Assembly (NCBI GenBank): GCA_041601795.1
Contig: JBFIHK010000003.1
Coordinates: 1 to 39,935 of the forward strand
Length of the DNA stretch: 39,935 nucleotides
Origin: Minisyncoccia bacterium
GTDB taxonomy: Bacteria > Patescibacteriota > Minisyncoccia > Phycocordibacterales > XYD1-FULL-46-19
Direction: 5' to 3'
In this document: positions 25,692 to 34,323 of the stretch, piece after piece
Layout: every line of letters starts with the position of its first letter
Position numbering within the stretch: position 1 is the first letter of the stretch
Program-made: the position numbers and the translations under genes
The notes under the pieces: generated by a model
What the model was told of the DNA's origin: nothing
Database searches by the model: none
The model's input: only the letters and a program-made list of their open reading frames with translations

Positions 25692-27437
25692 TCACTTTAA
25701 ACTTTTTATGTCAACAATCCTCAAACGTAATTCAGGCTTCCATTTAAAGGTTGATTTCTCTACATGGGCCAATATTTCTACCTTTTTCCCTAGTTTAAGT
25801 GTCACTCCTGGCCAAAAATGATTCTCAGGATTTTCTAAGTCTGTTTTAGGATGACAAGCAAAAAAAGCAATCGCCACAAAAGACACACCAGCACTATCGG
25901 TAAATTTTAACTCTAAATGCCCTCCAGTTTTACCAAACTCTTTCACACTGGCCAGGGTTAAATTTTTAAACCAAAAAACTGGCTTAGGAAAATCTATTCC
26001 ATAAGGAGCTAGTCTTTCTATTTCTTTATAAGTACCCCAATTTATATCCCCAAATTCCAACACCATATCGGCTTCTAGCTCTGCCACCACTTCTTTTTGA
26101 GGTAACTGACTAAAAACTTTATTTAAAATTGTTTCCAATTGATCTAGTTTAGCTCCAGATAAAGAAAAACCTCCGGCTGCCTCATGACCTCCAAAGTCTA
26201 AAAACAAACCTTCTCTGCTGGCTAAAGTCATTAACTCCACCACATTAATAGACCCATTCGACCGACAAGAACCTTTAATGTCGCCATTACCGTTACGAGC
26301 CCAAATAAAAGTTGTGCGCCCATATTTTTCGCTCACTCGCCCGGCTGCTAAGCCCAGTACCCCCAAACCCCAATCGTCGGCCCCACAAACGATAACATCT
26401 AACACTGGTTTAGTAGCGTAAATTTTGTCGACCGTGACTAAAATTTCTTCCACCTGATTGCGTCTGGCCTTATTATTGGCCTCTAAACCAGCTGCTATTT
26501 TCATAGCCGCCACCTCGTCTGTGGCTAACATTAAATTTAAGGCATCATTAGCATGAGTCATTCGGCCAGCTGAATTAATACGAGGCCCAATCATAAAGCC
26601 AATATCATCTTCGCTAATATAATTTAGTTTTAATTTAAGAGCGTTAAATAAAGACAGGAGTCCCAGCCGGCGAGTTTTTTGCAATACCCTTAAACCAAAA
26701 TTGACCAACACTTTATTTTCCCCCGTTATCGGCACCATATCAGCGACAGTGGCTATAGCTACTAAATCAAGCAACCACTTTTCCCAACCAGGAGCAATGG
26801 CTTCAAACCGACCTTGTTTAATTAAAGCTTGAACCAATTTAAAAGCGACTCCGGTACCAGATAAATATTTATAAGGATAAGTATCATCAGCCCTCTTAGG
26901 GTCTACCACTGCCACTGCTTGAGGCATTTTTTCGGGCACCGTATGATGATCTGTCACCACCACATCAAGTCCTAACTTACGAGCTTTTTTTATTTCCTCC
27001 ACATTTGACACCCCACAATCAACAGTAATAATTAGATTAAACTTCTCCTCAGCAAATTTTTCTATTACTTCTTGTGACAAACCATATTGCTCATTATGAC
27101 GATCAGGAATATAGGTCTCAAAGTTAGTAAAGCCAATTTTTTCTAAAAAACACACTAAAATCGCCGTTGCCGGTACTCCATCAGCATCATAATCACCAAA
27201 AATAAGGATTTTTTCTTCTTTTTTAATGGCTTTTAATATTCTAGTGACAGCTTTTTTCATGTCCTTCATTAAAAAAGGGTCGTGTAGATCGCGATAATAA
27301 TCTGGTTGTAAAATTTTCTCTACCTCTTCGGTGGTCACAATGTTTCTATTGGCTAAAATATTTTGAACTATTTCTGAAAGCGATCGGTCGTATTTAGTTT
27401 TTTGTTTTTTATTGGGCAAGTGCCATACGTTTTGCAT
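25692..27437 (-). CDS. recJ: ssDNA-specific exonuclease RecJ
   Basis: GDYDADG, TVDCG, TDHH, TVADMVP, PRINSAGR, GSCRS, FGGHEAAGG; start taken at ATG 27437. Confidence 0.96.
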   Translation of the reverse strand: MQNVWHLPNKKQKTKYDRSLSEIVQNILANRNIVTTEEVEKILQPDYYRDLHDPFLMKDMKKAVTRILKAIKKEEKILIFGDYDADGVPATAILVCFLEKIGFTNFETYIPDRHNEQYGLSQEVIEKFAEEKFNLIITVDCGVSNVEEIKKARKLGLDVVVTDHHTVPEKMPQAVAVVDPKRADDTYPYKYLSGTGVAFKLVQALIKQGRFEAIAPGWEKWLLDLVAIATVADMVPITGENKVLVNFGLRVLQKTRRLGLLSLFNALKLKLNYISEDDIGFMIGPRINSAGRMTHANDALNLMLATDEVAAMKIAAGLEANNKARRNQVEEILVTVDKIYATKPVLDVIVCGADDWGLGVLGLAAGRVSEKYGRTTFIWARNGNGDIKGSCRSNGSINVVELMTLASREGLFLDFGGHEAAGGFSLSGAKLDQLETILNKVFSQLPQKEVVAELEADMVLEFGDINWGTYKEIERLAPYGIDFPKPVFWFKNLTLASVKEFGKTGGHLELKFTDSAGVSFVAIAFFACHPKTDLENPENHFWPGVTLKLGKKVEILAHVEKSTFKWKPELRLRIVDIKSLK

Positions 27438-27469
27438 GGCTAGCATTATACCCCATTATCCTAAAAAAA

Positions 27470-27490
27470 TACCAAGGACCGTCCTTGGTA
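27470..27490. repeat. Perfect 21-bp dyad between divergent recJ and HIT promoters
   Basis: TACCAAGGAC-C-GTCCTTGGTA, 10-bp arms with 1-nt centre. Confidence 0.8.
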
Positions 27491-27516
27491 AAAAATTTGT
27501 GATATAATGAATACAT

Positions 27517-27888
27517 ATGGACAACTGCTTATTTTGCAAAATCGTCGCTGGAAAAATTCCAGCTCATAAAGTTTATGAAGATGATCACTTTTTAGCCTTT
27601 TTAGATATCAATCCTCAAACAGTTGGTCATGTTCAAGTGGTCCCCAAAAACCACTTTCGTTGGGTCTGGGACGTACCCAATGTTGGTCCATATTTTGAAG
27701 TAGTAAGTAAAATAGCTAAGGCTCAAAAAAAAGCTTTCCAGACTGACTTTGTCATGAGTAAAGTTGTCGGCGAAGAAGTCCCCCACGCCCACATTTGGGT
27801 TTTCCCTGGAAGTAGTGCTAAGGGTGATAAAAAAGATTTTGAAATAAATAAACAAAAAATTATTGATAATTTAAACCAAAACCAATGA
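27517..27888 (+). CDS. HIT-family nucleotide hydrolase (variant triad)
   Basis: CLFCKIV, AFLDINP..GH..VVPK.H, VPHAHIW. Confidence 0.92.
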   Translation: MDNCLFCKIVAGKIPAHKVYEDDHFLAFLDINPQTVGHVQVVPKNHFRWVWDVPNVGPYFEVVSKIAKAQKKAFQTDFVMSKVVGEEVPHAHIWVFPGSSAKGDKKDFEINKQKIIDNLNQNQ

Positions 27889-28418
27889 AATCACTAGCTC
27901 ATAATTATCTATTACTTTGTTCATATTATTATTTAATATTTACCACTGTACTTGGTGTGAACTTTATTTTAATACATATAGACCCAGACCCTTTAGCTAC
28001 CGGACTTTTAATGTTATTAGTATTCATACCTATAGCTTTGTTTACTAATGTCTTTGGCCCAGCTGTATTTTTATATATTTTATTTACTGGGAAAATAGAA
28101 CCGCTAAAATACTACATAATATTACCTATAATAATATCACTGGCTATTATATTGAGCCTAAAAGCTATTAAATTACTAAAAAAAGAAGATTATTCTAAAT
28201 CTTTTTTAAAGTTTTGGTATTTTATGTCTTTTCTAGTCTTTTCAGTCTTTCTGGTAGAGTTAAGTTTATATTTTTCACCCAAATTTGATGTTTACTTTAT
28301 TTTAATCTTCCCTTCCTTAATTAATTCCATACTAATATTTATATTTTCTCGCTATCTCTATCGACAGCAAAAAAATTCAGGCCCCATTTCGTCCAATTCA
28401 AACACTAAAGTAAATTAA
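27885..28418 (+). CDS. Hypothetical multi-pass membrane protein
   Basis: ATGA overlap with the HIT stop; about 5 hydrophobic segments; no recognised motif. Confidence 0.7.
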   Translation: MKSLAHNYLLLCSYYYLIFTTVLGVNFILIHIDPDPLATGLLMLLVFIPIALFTNVFGPAVFLYILFTGKIEPLKYYIILPIIISLAIILSLKAIKLLKKEDYSKSFLKFWYFMSFLVFSVFLVELSLYFSPKFDVYFILIFPSLINSILIFIFSRYLYRQQKNSGPISSNSNTKVN

Positions 28419-28436
28419 AAAATTGTCTCAACTGTG

Positions 28437-28472
28437 CAAGCCCCGATTTTTCTTTAGAAAAATCGGGGCTTG
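28437..28472. terminator. Terminator between the convergent membrane-protein gene and pgk
   Basis: caagccccgatttttc-ttta-gaaaaatcggggcttg. Confidence 0.8.
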
Positions 28473-28501
28473 ATTTGAATTCCAAGCTAACAAAATTTAT
28501 T

Positions 28502-29620
28502 TTAATCAGACAAAGCTTCTAGCCCCACCAAAGTCCCAGCAGCGATAAATTCCAACATAGCCCCACCGGCGGTAGACACAAAATCAATGTCGTCTATCAA
28601 ATTTAAATCATTCAACACGGCTACTGTATCGCCCCCACCTACAATAGAATAAGCTTCAGAACTAGCTACCGCTTCAGCTATCTGCCGACTGCTATCTGTA
28701 AACCCTTTTTCTACTAAACCTAAAGGTCCATTCCACAACACAAACTGAGCCCCACTAATCGCCTCTACTATTTTGTCTACCGACTGCTTGCCCGCATCTG
28801 ATATCACTTCTTGCATCCCCACTTGTTCAGGTAATTTATTTAACCGCTCATTATTTACACCAGTCACCACTACGTCTTGTGGTAAATGCACATTTTTTAA
28901 TTTTAAAATTTCGTCTAAACCCTTAATACCTTCATCTACAAGCGACTGCCCTACTTCATAACCCATCTTGCGCCATAAAATATGGACCAACGCCCCACCT
29001 AAAAATATATCATCGGCTAGTGGAGCCAAACTTTCCACCACCGGCATTTTGGTACTAAATTTAGCCCCACCTAAAACCACTACAAAAGGTTTACTAGCGC
29101 TAAAAACTCGGCTCAATTCTTCATACTCTTTCATAAACAAAAAACCAACATAACTAGGCAGTATCATAGGCACCCTTACCACTGAAGAGTGAGGTCGATG
29201 AGAAACTGAAAAAGCTTCATTGATATAAATATCAGCCCCTTTCGCTAAGTCTTTAGCCAATACCTCGTCATTGGTTTCTTCGCCTGAGTTTTGTCTTAAA
29301 TTTTCTAGCAATAAAACCTCGCCAGCAGTTAAATTTTTAACTGCCTCAGTATCTACCACCTTTGTTGAAAATTTAACGGGTATAAATTGATTAAGCCAGT
29401 CCGCTACTGGTTTTAAAGTGGCCTTAGAGGCCCCTAAATGACTTATTAAGATCACTTTAGCCCCTGCTTCGACTAAATACTCTACTGTTGGTAAAACCTG
29501 CTTAATTCTAAAACCATCTTGAACTTGGTTATTTTTTATAGGTACATTAAAATCAACTCGCATCAATACAGTTTTCTCATACAAGTCATCTTGTTTTAAA
29601 TCGGTTATTTTTTTAAACAT
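28502..29620 (-). CDS. pgk: Phosphoglycerate kinase
   Basis: RVDFNVP, SHLG, LLENLR, LGGAK, WNGPLG, VGGGDT, STAGGA. Confidence 0.97.
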   Translation of the reverse strand: MFKKITDLKQDDLYEKTVLMRVDFNVPIKNNQVQDGFRIKQVLPTVEYLVEAGAKVILISHLGASKATLKPVADWLNQFIPVKFSTKVVDTEAVKNLTAGEVLLLENLRQNSGEETNDEVLAKDLAKGADIYINEAFSVSHRPHSSVVRVPMILPSYVGFLFMKEYEELSRVFSASKPFVVVLGGAKFSTKMPVVESLAPLADDIFLGGALVHILWRKMGYEVGQSLVDEGIKGLDEILKLKNVHLPQDVVVTGVNNERLNKLPEQVGMQEVISDAGKQSVDKIVEAISGAQFVLWNGPLGLVEKGFTDSSRQIAEAVASSEAYSIVGGGDTVAVLNDLNLIDDIDFVSTAGGAMLEFIAAGTLVGLEALSD

Positions 29621-29624
29621 AAAA

Positions 29625-30401
29625 TTATTTTTTGTTTCCTACGCGCTCAGCAATATTAATAATGTCTTTCATATGATCTGGCATTAAAGAGGCCCTACCG
29701 ATAAGAAGACCATCTGCCCGACCATCTGTTAAAAAGCCTTCGGCATTATCGGCACTAACAGACCCACCATACAAAACCGATAAGTGTCTAGCCATGTCAC
29801 TGCCGGCTATGCCTGAAAAAACTTTTTTGATAAATAAAGCATTATGAAAAAAACTCTCTGGAGTATCGGCTCCACTAGAATCGCTACCTATAGCCCAAAC
29901 AGGCTCATAGGCAATTAAAATATCTTTTAAATAACTTTTCTTTAACAGTGAAGTCGCTACCACTACTTGTTTTTTAAGCAAATTTAAATATTTACCTTCC
30001 CTGTCGCGTCTTGTTTCGCCCACACAAATGATAGTTTTTAGCCCGGCTCTAATAGCACTTTCTGTTTTACGGGCCACTATTTCGTCTGTATCACCTTCTG
30101 CCCTTTGTTCAGAGTGACCCACTAATGCATATTCTACTCCTAAGGTTTTAAACATTTCTGGTGCTACGTGGCCCGTATGAGCCCCGCGTGGTAAAAAAGA
30201 TAAATCTTGACTACAAGTTGTAAAGTTTTTAACTTTTCTTACTGGAGTTACCAAAGAAATAAAAGGGGCTGGGGGCGCTAAAACTAATTTCAAATGTTTT
30301 TTGTTTTTAGTTAAATCTTTTAATTTAAAGCCCAGCCTTTTAGCTTCCTCAGCTGAAGCTGGATTCATTTTCCAATTACAGACAATGAGTTTAGAATTCA
30401 T
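29625..30401 (-). CDS. tpiA: Triose-phosphate isomerase
   Basis: NWKMN, GHSE, AYEPVWAIG, LYGGSV, DGLLIGRAS. Confidence 0.97.
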   Translation of the reverse strand: MNSKLIVCNWKMNPASAEEAKRLGFKLKDLTKNKKHLKLVLAPPAPFISLVTPVRKVKNFTTCSQDLSFLPRGAHTGHVAPEMFKTLGVEYALVGHSEQRAEGDTDEIVARKTESAIRAGLKTIICVGETRRDREGKYLNLLKKQVVVATSLLKKSYLKDILIAYEPVWAIGSDSSGADTPESFFHNALFIKKVFSGIAGSDMARHLSVLYGGSVSADNAEGFLTDGRADGLLIGRASLMPDHMKDIINIAERVGNKK

Positions 30402-30421
30402 GCTTGCATTATATCACAAAC

Positions 30422-30448
30422 AAAAAATCCGCCAGCGGCGGATTTTTT
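30422..30448 (-). terminator. Terminator after the large fibre-like gene
   Basis: aaaaaatccgcc-agc-ggcggatttttt. Confidence 0.85.
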
Positions 30449-30467
30449 CTAATAACTAAAATAAATT

Positions 30468-33400
30468 CTATAAATCTAAACAACGAGCATAGCAAGTTAA
30501 ATTGCCTCCTGCGAGCACACCACTATCTCTGGCACAGTACCAATAACTACTATTATTATAATTAGCTTTGGTACCGGGCCTAGAAATAACAGCGTTAGTA
30601 TGTATAACTCCAGTCACACTACCAATACCAGCTGCGATACCATCGTTGATCTCACCGGTACCAGCTGCGATACCAGATACTGTGCCTCCTTGTCGACCAA
30701 TAAATTCCACTCCTCCACCTATAGCAATACTGTTAGCCCCACAAAATACCTCTATCTCAGGGGTTTCAACTGGCCCCCTTTTTAGCGTCCTAAAATTACT
30801 ACTAGAAATACTACTTCCTCCTCCATCTTGCCAAGTTGCATTACCTTCTGAATCAGTAGCAGTTAATACCTTACCTGGTGCTGGATCTCCCCCACTAACT
30901 GTTAAATTATTTCCCCTCAACCAATTAGCATTTATAAAACTAGAAACGACCAAAGCTCCAGTAATTCTAGTATCTCCAACTATATCAAGCTTAGCAGTGG
31001 GATTGTTTGTTCCTACACCAACATTACCATTTCCTTGGTTTAAAATAGTGTTATTGCCTATAGGGTTTACAAATAAGGGTTCATTATTATAAGACTGAAT
31101 TTGTCCAAAGCCTGTTTCTCTTGAAATTCTTAAATATTCCCCGGTGGAAGGATTGGTCACCCTAAAACCACCTGATACTTCTAATTTTTCACTTGGATCT
31201 ATTGTTCCTACACCAACATTGCCATTTCCTTGGTTTAAAATAGTGTTGTTGCCGGCGGGATTAACAAACAAAGGTTCGCTATTATAAGTTTGAATTTGCC
31301 CAAAGCCTGTTTCTCTTGAAATTCTTAAATATTCATTATTCTGATTACTAGTAATTCTTAAAGCTCCTTTTACATTAACCTTATCAGATCCATCTATAAT
31401 ATTGGTTCCTATGCCAACACTTCCAAATCTAGCATTATTTATGTTGGGCCCAGAACCAATAAGTTCCCACTCTGAATCTCCTCCTCCACCACCAGCTGTT
31501 AAACCAAGCTCGGCAGGAGTTTTCCAAGCCACTGTTCCAATATTATCAACAGAAGCTAATATTTTATTTAATCCAGGCGTACCTCCAGTGACATTAAAAG
31601 TATTTAACCTAACACTACCGTTTACTTCCAATTTTGTAGTTGAAGGTGGTATAGGTGGCAACTCAGCTCCGGCTGGCCTAGAACCAAGCAAAGTATTGCC
31701 TCCTAAAACAGCTAGTCCGTTTCCGATAATACTAGACCCATTTACCTCCAACTTCGCCCCAGGGTTAGATATTCCTATTCCGACATTTCCCCCTTCAGTT
31801 AATCTTAAAACTTCTCTTAAAACACCAGCTTGGCGAGTGCTAAAGCTTAAATTACCATTAGTTCCCCCATTACGCCCTGATGTAATCTGAGAATGCACCT
31901 CATCAGAAGTAGTGTTAGTAAAAGATATATTGCTGGCAACAGTATTATTAGTAGAATTGGTTTTTATTCTAATCCCCCCACTTATACCACCAGTATTTAC
32001 ATCCAACTTAGAAATAGGGTTATTGGTCCCTAAACCAACATTGCCAGTGTCTTTTTTAATAGTTAGCTGGCCAACTATATCATTGAAAGTATTGGAAATT
32101 TGATAGTCACTATTTTGACGAGCATTAATACCAGCATACCAATCTGTAACACCCCCAGTAGTATGCCTAACATAACTAGTCTGACCAATATTACCTCGAT
32201 CTAAAATAACATGGGCATTACGAGCACTATCTACATTTAAACCAATGTTATTGTTAACAATATCATTAGTACCTTCTATTTTTAATTCAGCCACCTTTTC
32301 ATTGTTACCTCTTAAAGAAAGCAAAGAAGAGGGGTTAATGTTTCCTATTCCGACATTACCTGTTGGTGCTATCACCATTTTTAAATTACTTAAACCATCA
32401 CCTTGGCCGGCAAAGAAAGCCCAACCACCGCCACCATTATGCAACCAACCCCAATTATTAAAACTAGCATTTGGTACATTTCTGTTGGGACCATTTACTC
32501 CAATAGAAGCAGCGTGACTACCTCCATTAAACAATTCTATATTAGTAGCCCCAGCTAAATTAGTATTAGTAAACTGACTTCTAAAAACTTGTCCATTAGA
32601 ACTAGAACCTACCACGTGTAATTTATAGTTTGGATTAGCTGTCCCTACACCGACATTACCTCCTTGTGGATTCAAAAGAATATGACCTGGGGCATCAGTA
32701 TTAGTTTGCAAAACTATGTTTTTATTGCCTTCAGAGTTGTAAAGTTCAAAATGGCCATTATTATCTATTCTTAATGTACCTCGAGTAACATCAACACTAT
32801 TTTTCAACCCCAATTGATATTGCCCAGAACGATAGCCAAGTGTTAGTAACCTGTCCGGATTTGTTGTCCCTACACCAACATTACCAGTATTATTATTAAA
32901 AATATTATTACCGTCCAAAGTCCAATTACTAACACCACCGTCTAAACCAAGCTCAGCAGGAGTTTTCCAAGCTGTAGTACCAAGAGTATCTGTAGAAGCT
33001 AAAATTTTATTAACTCCCGGATTGACACTTTTTAAAACCACTGGACTACCATTAACAAACAGCCCTCCAGAAAAAGCCCCTGAACCAGCTACCACCAAAC
33101 GAGAAGTTGGAGTTATGTTACCAGTACCAATACCGACATTACCGTTACTACCTTGAATAAAAAGCTGAGCTTCTCTAACTGTACCATTATCACTATTACC
33201 TCTCAGTTGAATATTTTTATTAGCTGAAATTAAAGCATCACCTCTTTGTAAACCAATAAGATTAGATTCTTGACCTGCCATTTCTAATCTCAAATACTCA
33301 TTACTAGAGTTAGTAATACTTAACCCCCCTGCTCTATCTGACCTTGATCCTCTTAAATAAAGTTGAGTAAAATTATCACTATTTAAAACAGATTGTCCTT

Positions 33401-33698
33401 GAACAAATAACTTAAGACTAGTTAAAGGAAAAGTTATACCCCCAAGTAAAAGTTCTTGGGCTGTAGGTAAACTATTTCTTCCTGTAGCTACCCCTCCCAC
33501 TGAAGAGAAAGAACCTGACTTAAATTGAGCCGTATTAGATATATTAATTGGTGTTGGCGCATTATTATTCGGCGGACTAGCTGGAGCTGGGTTCCAAGTT
33601 TGAGCTGAAACTACAGTCACCAATAAAAAACTAAATCCTAGAATGGTGGCAACCTTAATTGAAGACTTAGTCAAAATGGAAGTTAATTTATTTTTCAT
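30468..33698 (-). CDS. Large secreted fibre/adhesin-like repeat protein (1076 aa)
   Basis: Signal peptide (VSA|Q), W-x-P-x-P-x-x-PP-x-x-N-x-x-x-PIN N-terminal motif, about 9 GNVG[IVL]G-type modules, Cys-containing C-terminal domain. Confidence 0.75.
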   Translation of the reverse strand: MKNKLTSILTKSSIKVATILGFSFLLVTVVSAQTWNPAPASPPNNNAPTPINISNTAQFKSGSFSSVGGVATGRNSLPTAQELLLGGITFPLTSLKLFVQGQSVLNSDNFTQLYLRGSRSDRAGGLSITNSSNEYLRLEMAGQESNLIGLQRGDALISANKNIQLRGNSDNGTVREAQLFIQGSNGNVGIGTGNITPTSRLVVAGSGAFSGGLFVNGSPVVLKSVNPGVNKILASTDTLGTTAWKTPAELGLDGGVSNWTLDGNNIFNNNTGNVGVGTTNPDRLLTLGYRSGQYQLGLKNSVDVTRGTLRIDNNGHFELYNSEGNKNIVLQTNTDAPGHILLNPQGGNVGVGTANPNYKLHVVGSSSNGQVFRSQFTNTNLAGATNIELFNGGSHAASIGVNGPNRNVPNASFNNWGWLHNGGGGWAFFAGQGDGLSNLKMVIAPTGNVGIGNINPSSLLSLRGNNEKVAELKIEGTNDIVNNNIGLNVDSARNAHVILDRGNIGQTSYVRHTTGGVTDWYAGINARQNSDYQISNTFNDIVGQLTIKKDTGNVGLGTNNPISKLDVNTGGISGGIRIKTNSTNNTVASNISFTNTTSDEVHSQITSGRNGGTNGNLSFSTRQAGVLREVLRLTEGGNVGIGISNPGAKLEVNGSSIIGNGLAVLGGNTLLGSRPAGAELPPIPPSTTKLEVNGSVRLNTFNVTGGTPGLNKILASVDNIGTVAWKTPAELGLTAGGGGGDSEWELIGSGPNINNARFGSVGIGTNIIDGSDKVNVKGALRITSNQNNEYLRISRETGFGQIQTYNSEPLFVNPAGNNTILNQGNGNVGVGTIDPSEKLEVSGGFRVTNPSTGEYLRISRETGFGQIQSYNNEPLFVNPIGNNTILNQGNGNVGVGTNNPTAKLDIVGDTRITGALVVSSFINANWLRGNNLTVSGGDPAPGKVLTATDSEGNATWQDGGGSSISSSNFRTLKRGPVETPEIEVFCGANSIAIGGGVEFIGRQGGTVSGIAAGTGEINDGIAAGIGSVTGVIHTNAVISRPGTKANYNNSSYWYCARDSGVLAGGNLTCYARCLDL
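31007..31334. repeat. Intragenic direct duplication, 195-nt period
   Basis: 31007-31139 vs 31202-31334: about 15 mismatches in 133 nt by manual alignment, mostly synonymous. Confidence 0.9.
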
Positions 33699-33720
33699 AT
33701 TTTTTGATAATTTCTAATAT

Positions 33721-34053
33721 TTATTGTGACAGTTGTTCTAAAATAGCATCTCGTTCAGCATCTGTTAGTTCGGGTGTATCCACGCTTTCTAATTGTTCTA
33801 AAATAGCATCTCGTTCAGCATCTGTTAGTTCGGGTGTATCCACGCTTTCTAATTGTTCTAAAATAGCATCTCGTTCAGCATCTGTTAGTTCTATATTGGC
33901 ACCCCCACCATTTTCAGTATTAATGCCACTATTTAACTTGCCCCAAAAAACATAAATTAAAATACCAACTAGAATTATAACTAATACCGTCCAAATTATT
34001 TTTTTTAAATTACTACTATTACTATTACCAGTATCGGTAGGAGAATTTTCCAT
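33721..34053 (-). CDS. Small single-pass membrane protein with 20-aa tandem repeats
   Basis: KK + TM helix, then ELTDAERDAILEQLESVDTP x2.6; ends 22 nt upstream of the fibre gene on the same strand. Confidence 0.8.
   Translation of the reverse strand: MENSPTDTGNSNSSNLKKIIWTVLVIILVGILIYVFWGKLNSGINTENGGGANIELTDAERDAILEQLESVDTPELTDAERDAILEQLESVDTPELTDAERDAILEQLSQ
33733..33891. repeat. Exact 60-bp coding tandem repeat (about 2.65 copies)
   Basis: Consecutive 60-nt lines are identical: ttgttctaaaatagcatctcgttcagcatctgttagttcgggtgtatccacgctttctaa. Confidence 0.95.
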
Positions 34054-34211
34054 ATTACAAATTTATTTAAATTTAAAATTAGACTTAAGAACCTGATTTA
34101 AAATTCATTATAGCAAAAAGCTTGACCAAACATAGTTTCACCATCTTTAAGTATGTTGATAACTATTAAACAAAACAAATTTTTAAAGTACATTAGGAAC
34201 AAAAATGTAAT

Positions 34212-34239
34212 TTGACAAAAAACTTTAAATTGATATAAT
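34212..34239 (+). promoter_or_regulatory. nusA promoter
   Basis: TTGACA-16 nt (ending TGa)-TATAAT. Confidence 0.8.
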
Positions 34240-34265
34240 TGTAATTAATCAGATAGTAGTTTATC

Positions 34266-34301
34266 TTCCGCTTATCCATTCAGGGCAAGCGGAATTTCAT
34301 T
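34266..34301 (+). promoter_or_regulatory. Leader hairpin with weak U tract (candidate NusA-dependent attenuator)
   Basis: ttccgctt-atccattcagggc-aagcggaa-tttcatt between the promoter and the ATG. Confidence 0.6.
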
Positions 34302-34323
34302 AAAAATAACAAAAAAAATAATC

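Noticed and set aside
25315-25821. 168-aa plus-strand ORF in the track
   Set aside because: Antisense to the recJ 3' end and to two SD-led microprotein ORFs; no RBS or recognisable motif; the terminator polarity supports the minus strand.
31007-31334. Possible diversity-generating retroelement TR/VR pair in the fibre gene
   Set aside because: Both copies are in-frame coding, mismatches are mostly synonymous third positions rather than adenine-specific, and no reverse transcriptase is in the window.
30568-32517. Several long plus-strand ORFs (174, 162, 90 aa and shorter) opposite the fibre gene
   Set aside because: Antisense shadows of a Gly/Asn/Thr-rich gene with biased codons; no independent initiation signals.
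33733-33891. Possible mini CRISPR array (39-nt repeat with 21-nt spacers)
   Set aside because: The spacers are identical, the period is an in-frame 60 nt inside a TM-protein ORF, and no cas genes are present; it is a coding tandem repeat.
34154-34162. DnaA-box-like TGTTGATAA in the divergent spacer before nusA
   Set aside because: A single imperfect copy in AT-rich DNA, with no cluster and no dnaA nearby; no support for an origin.
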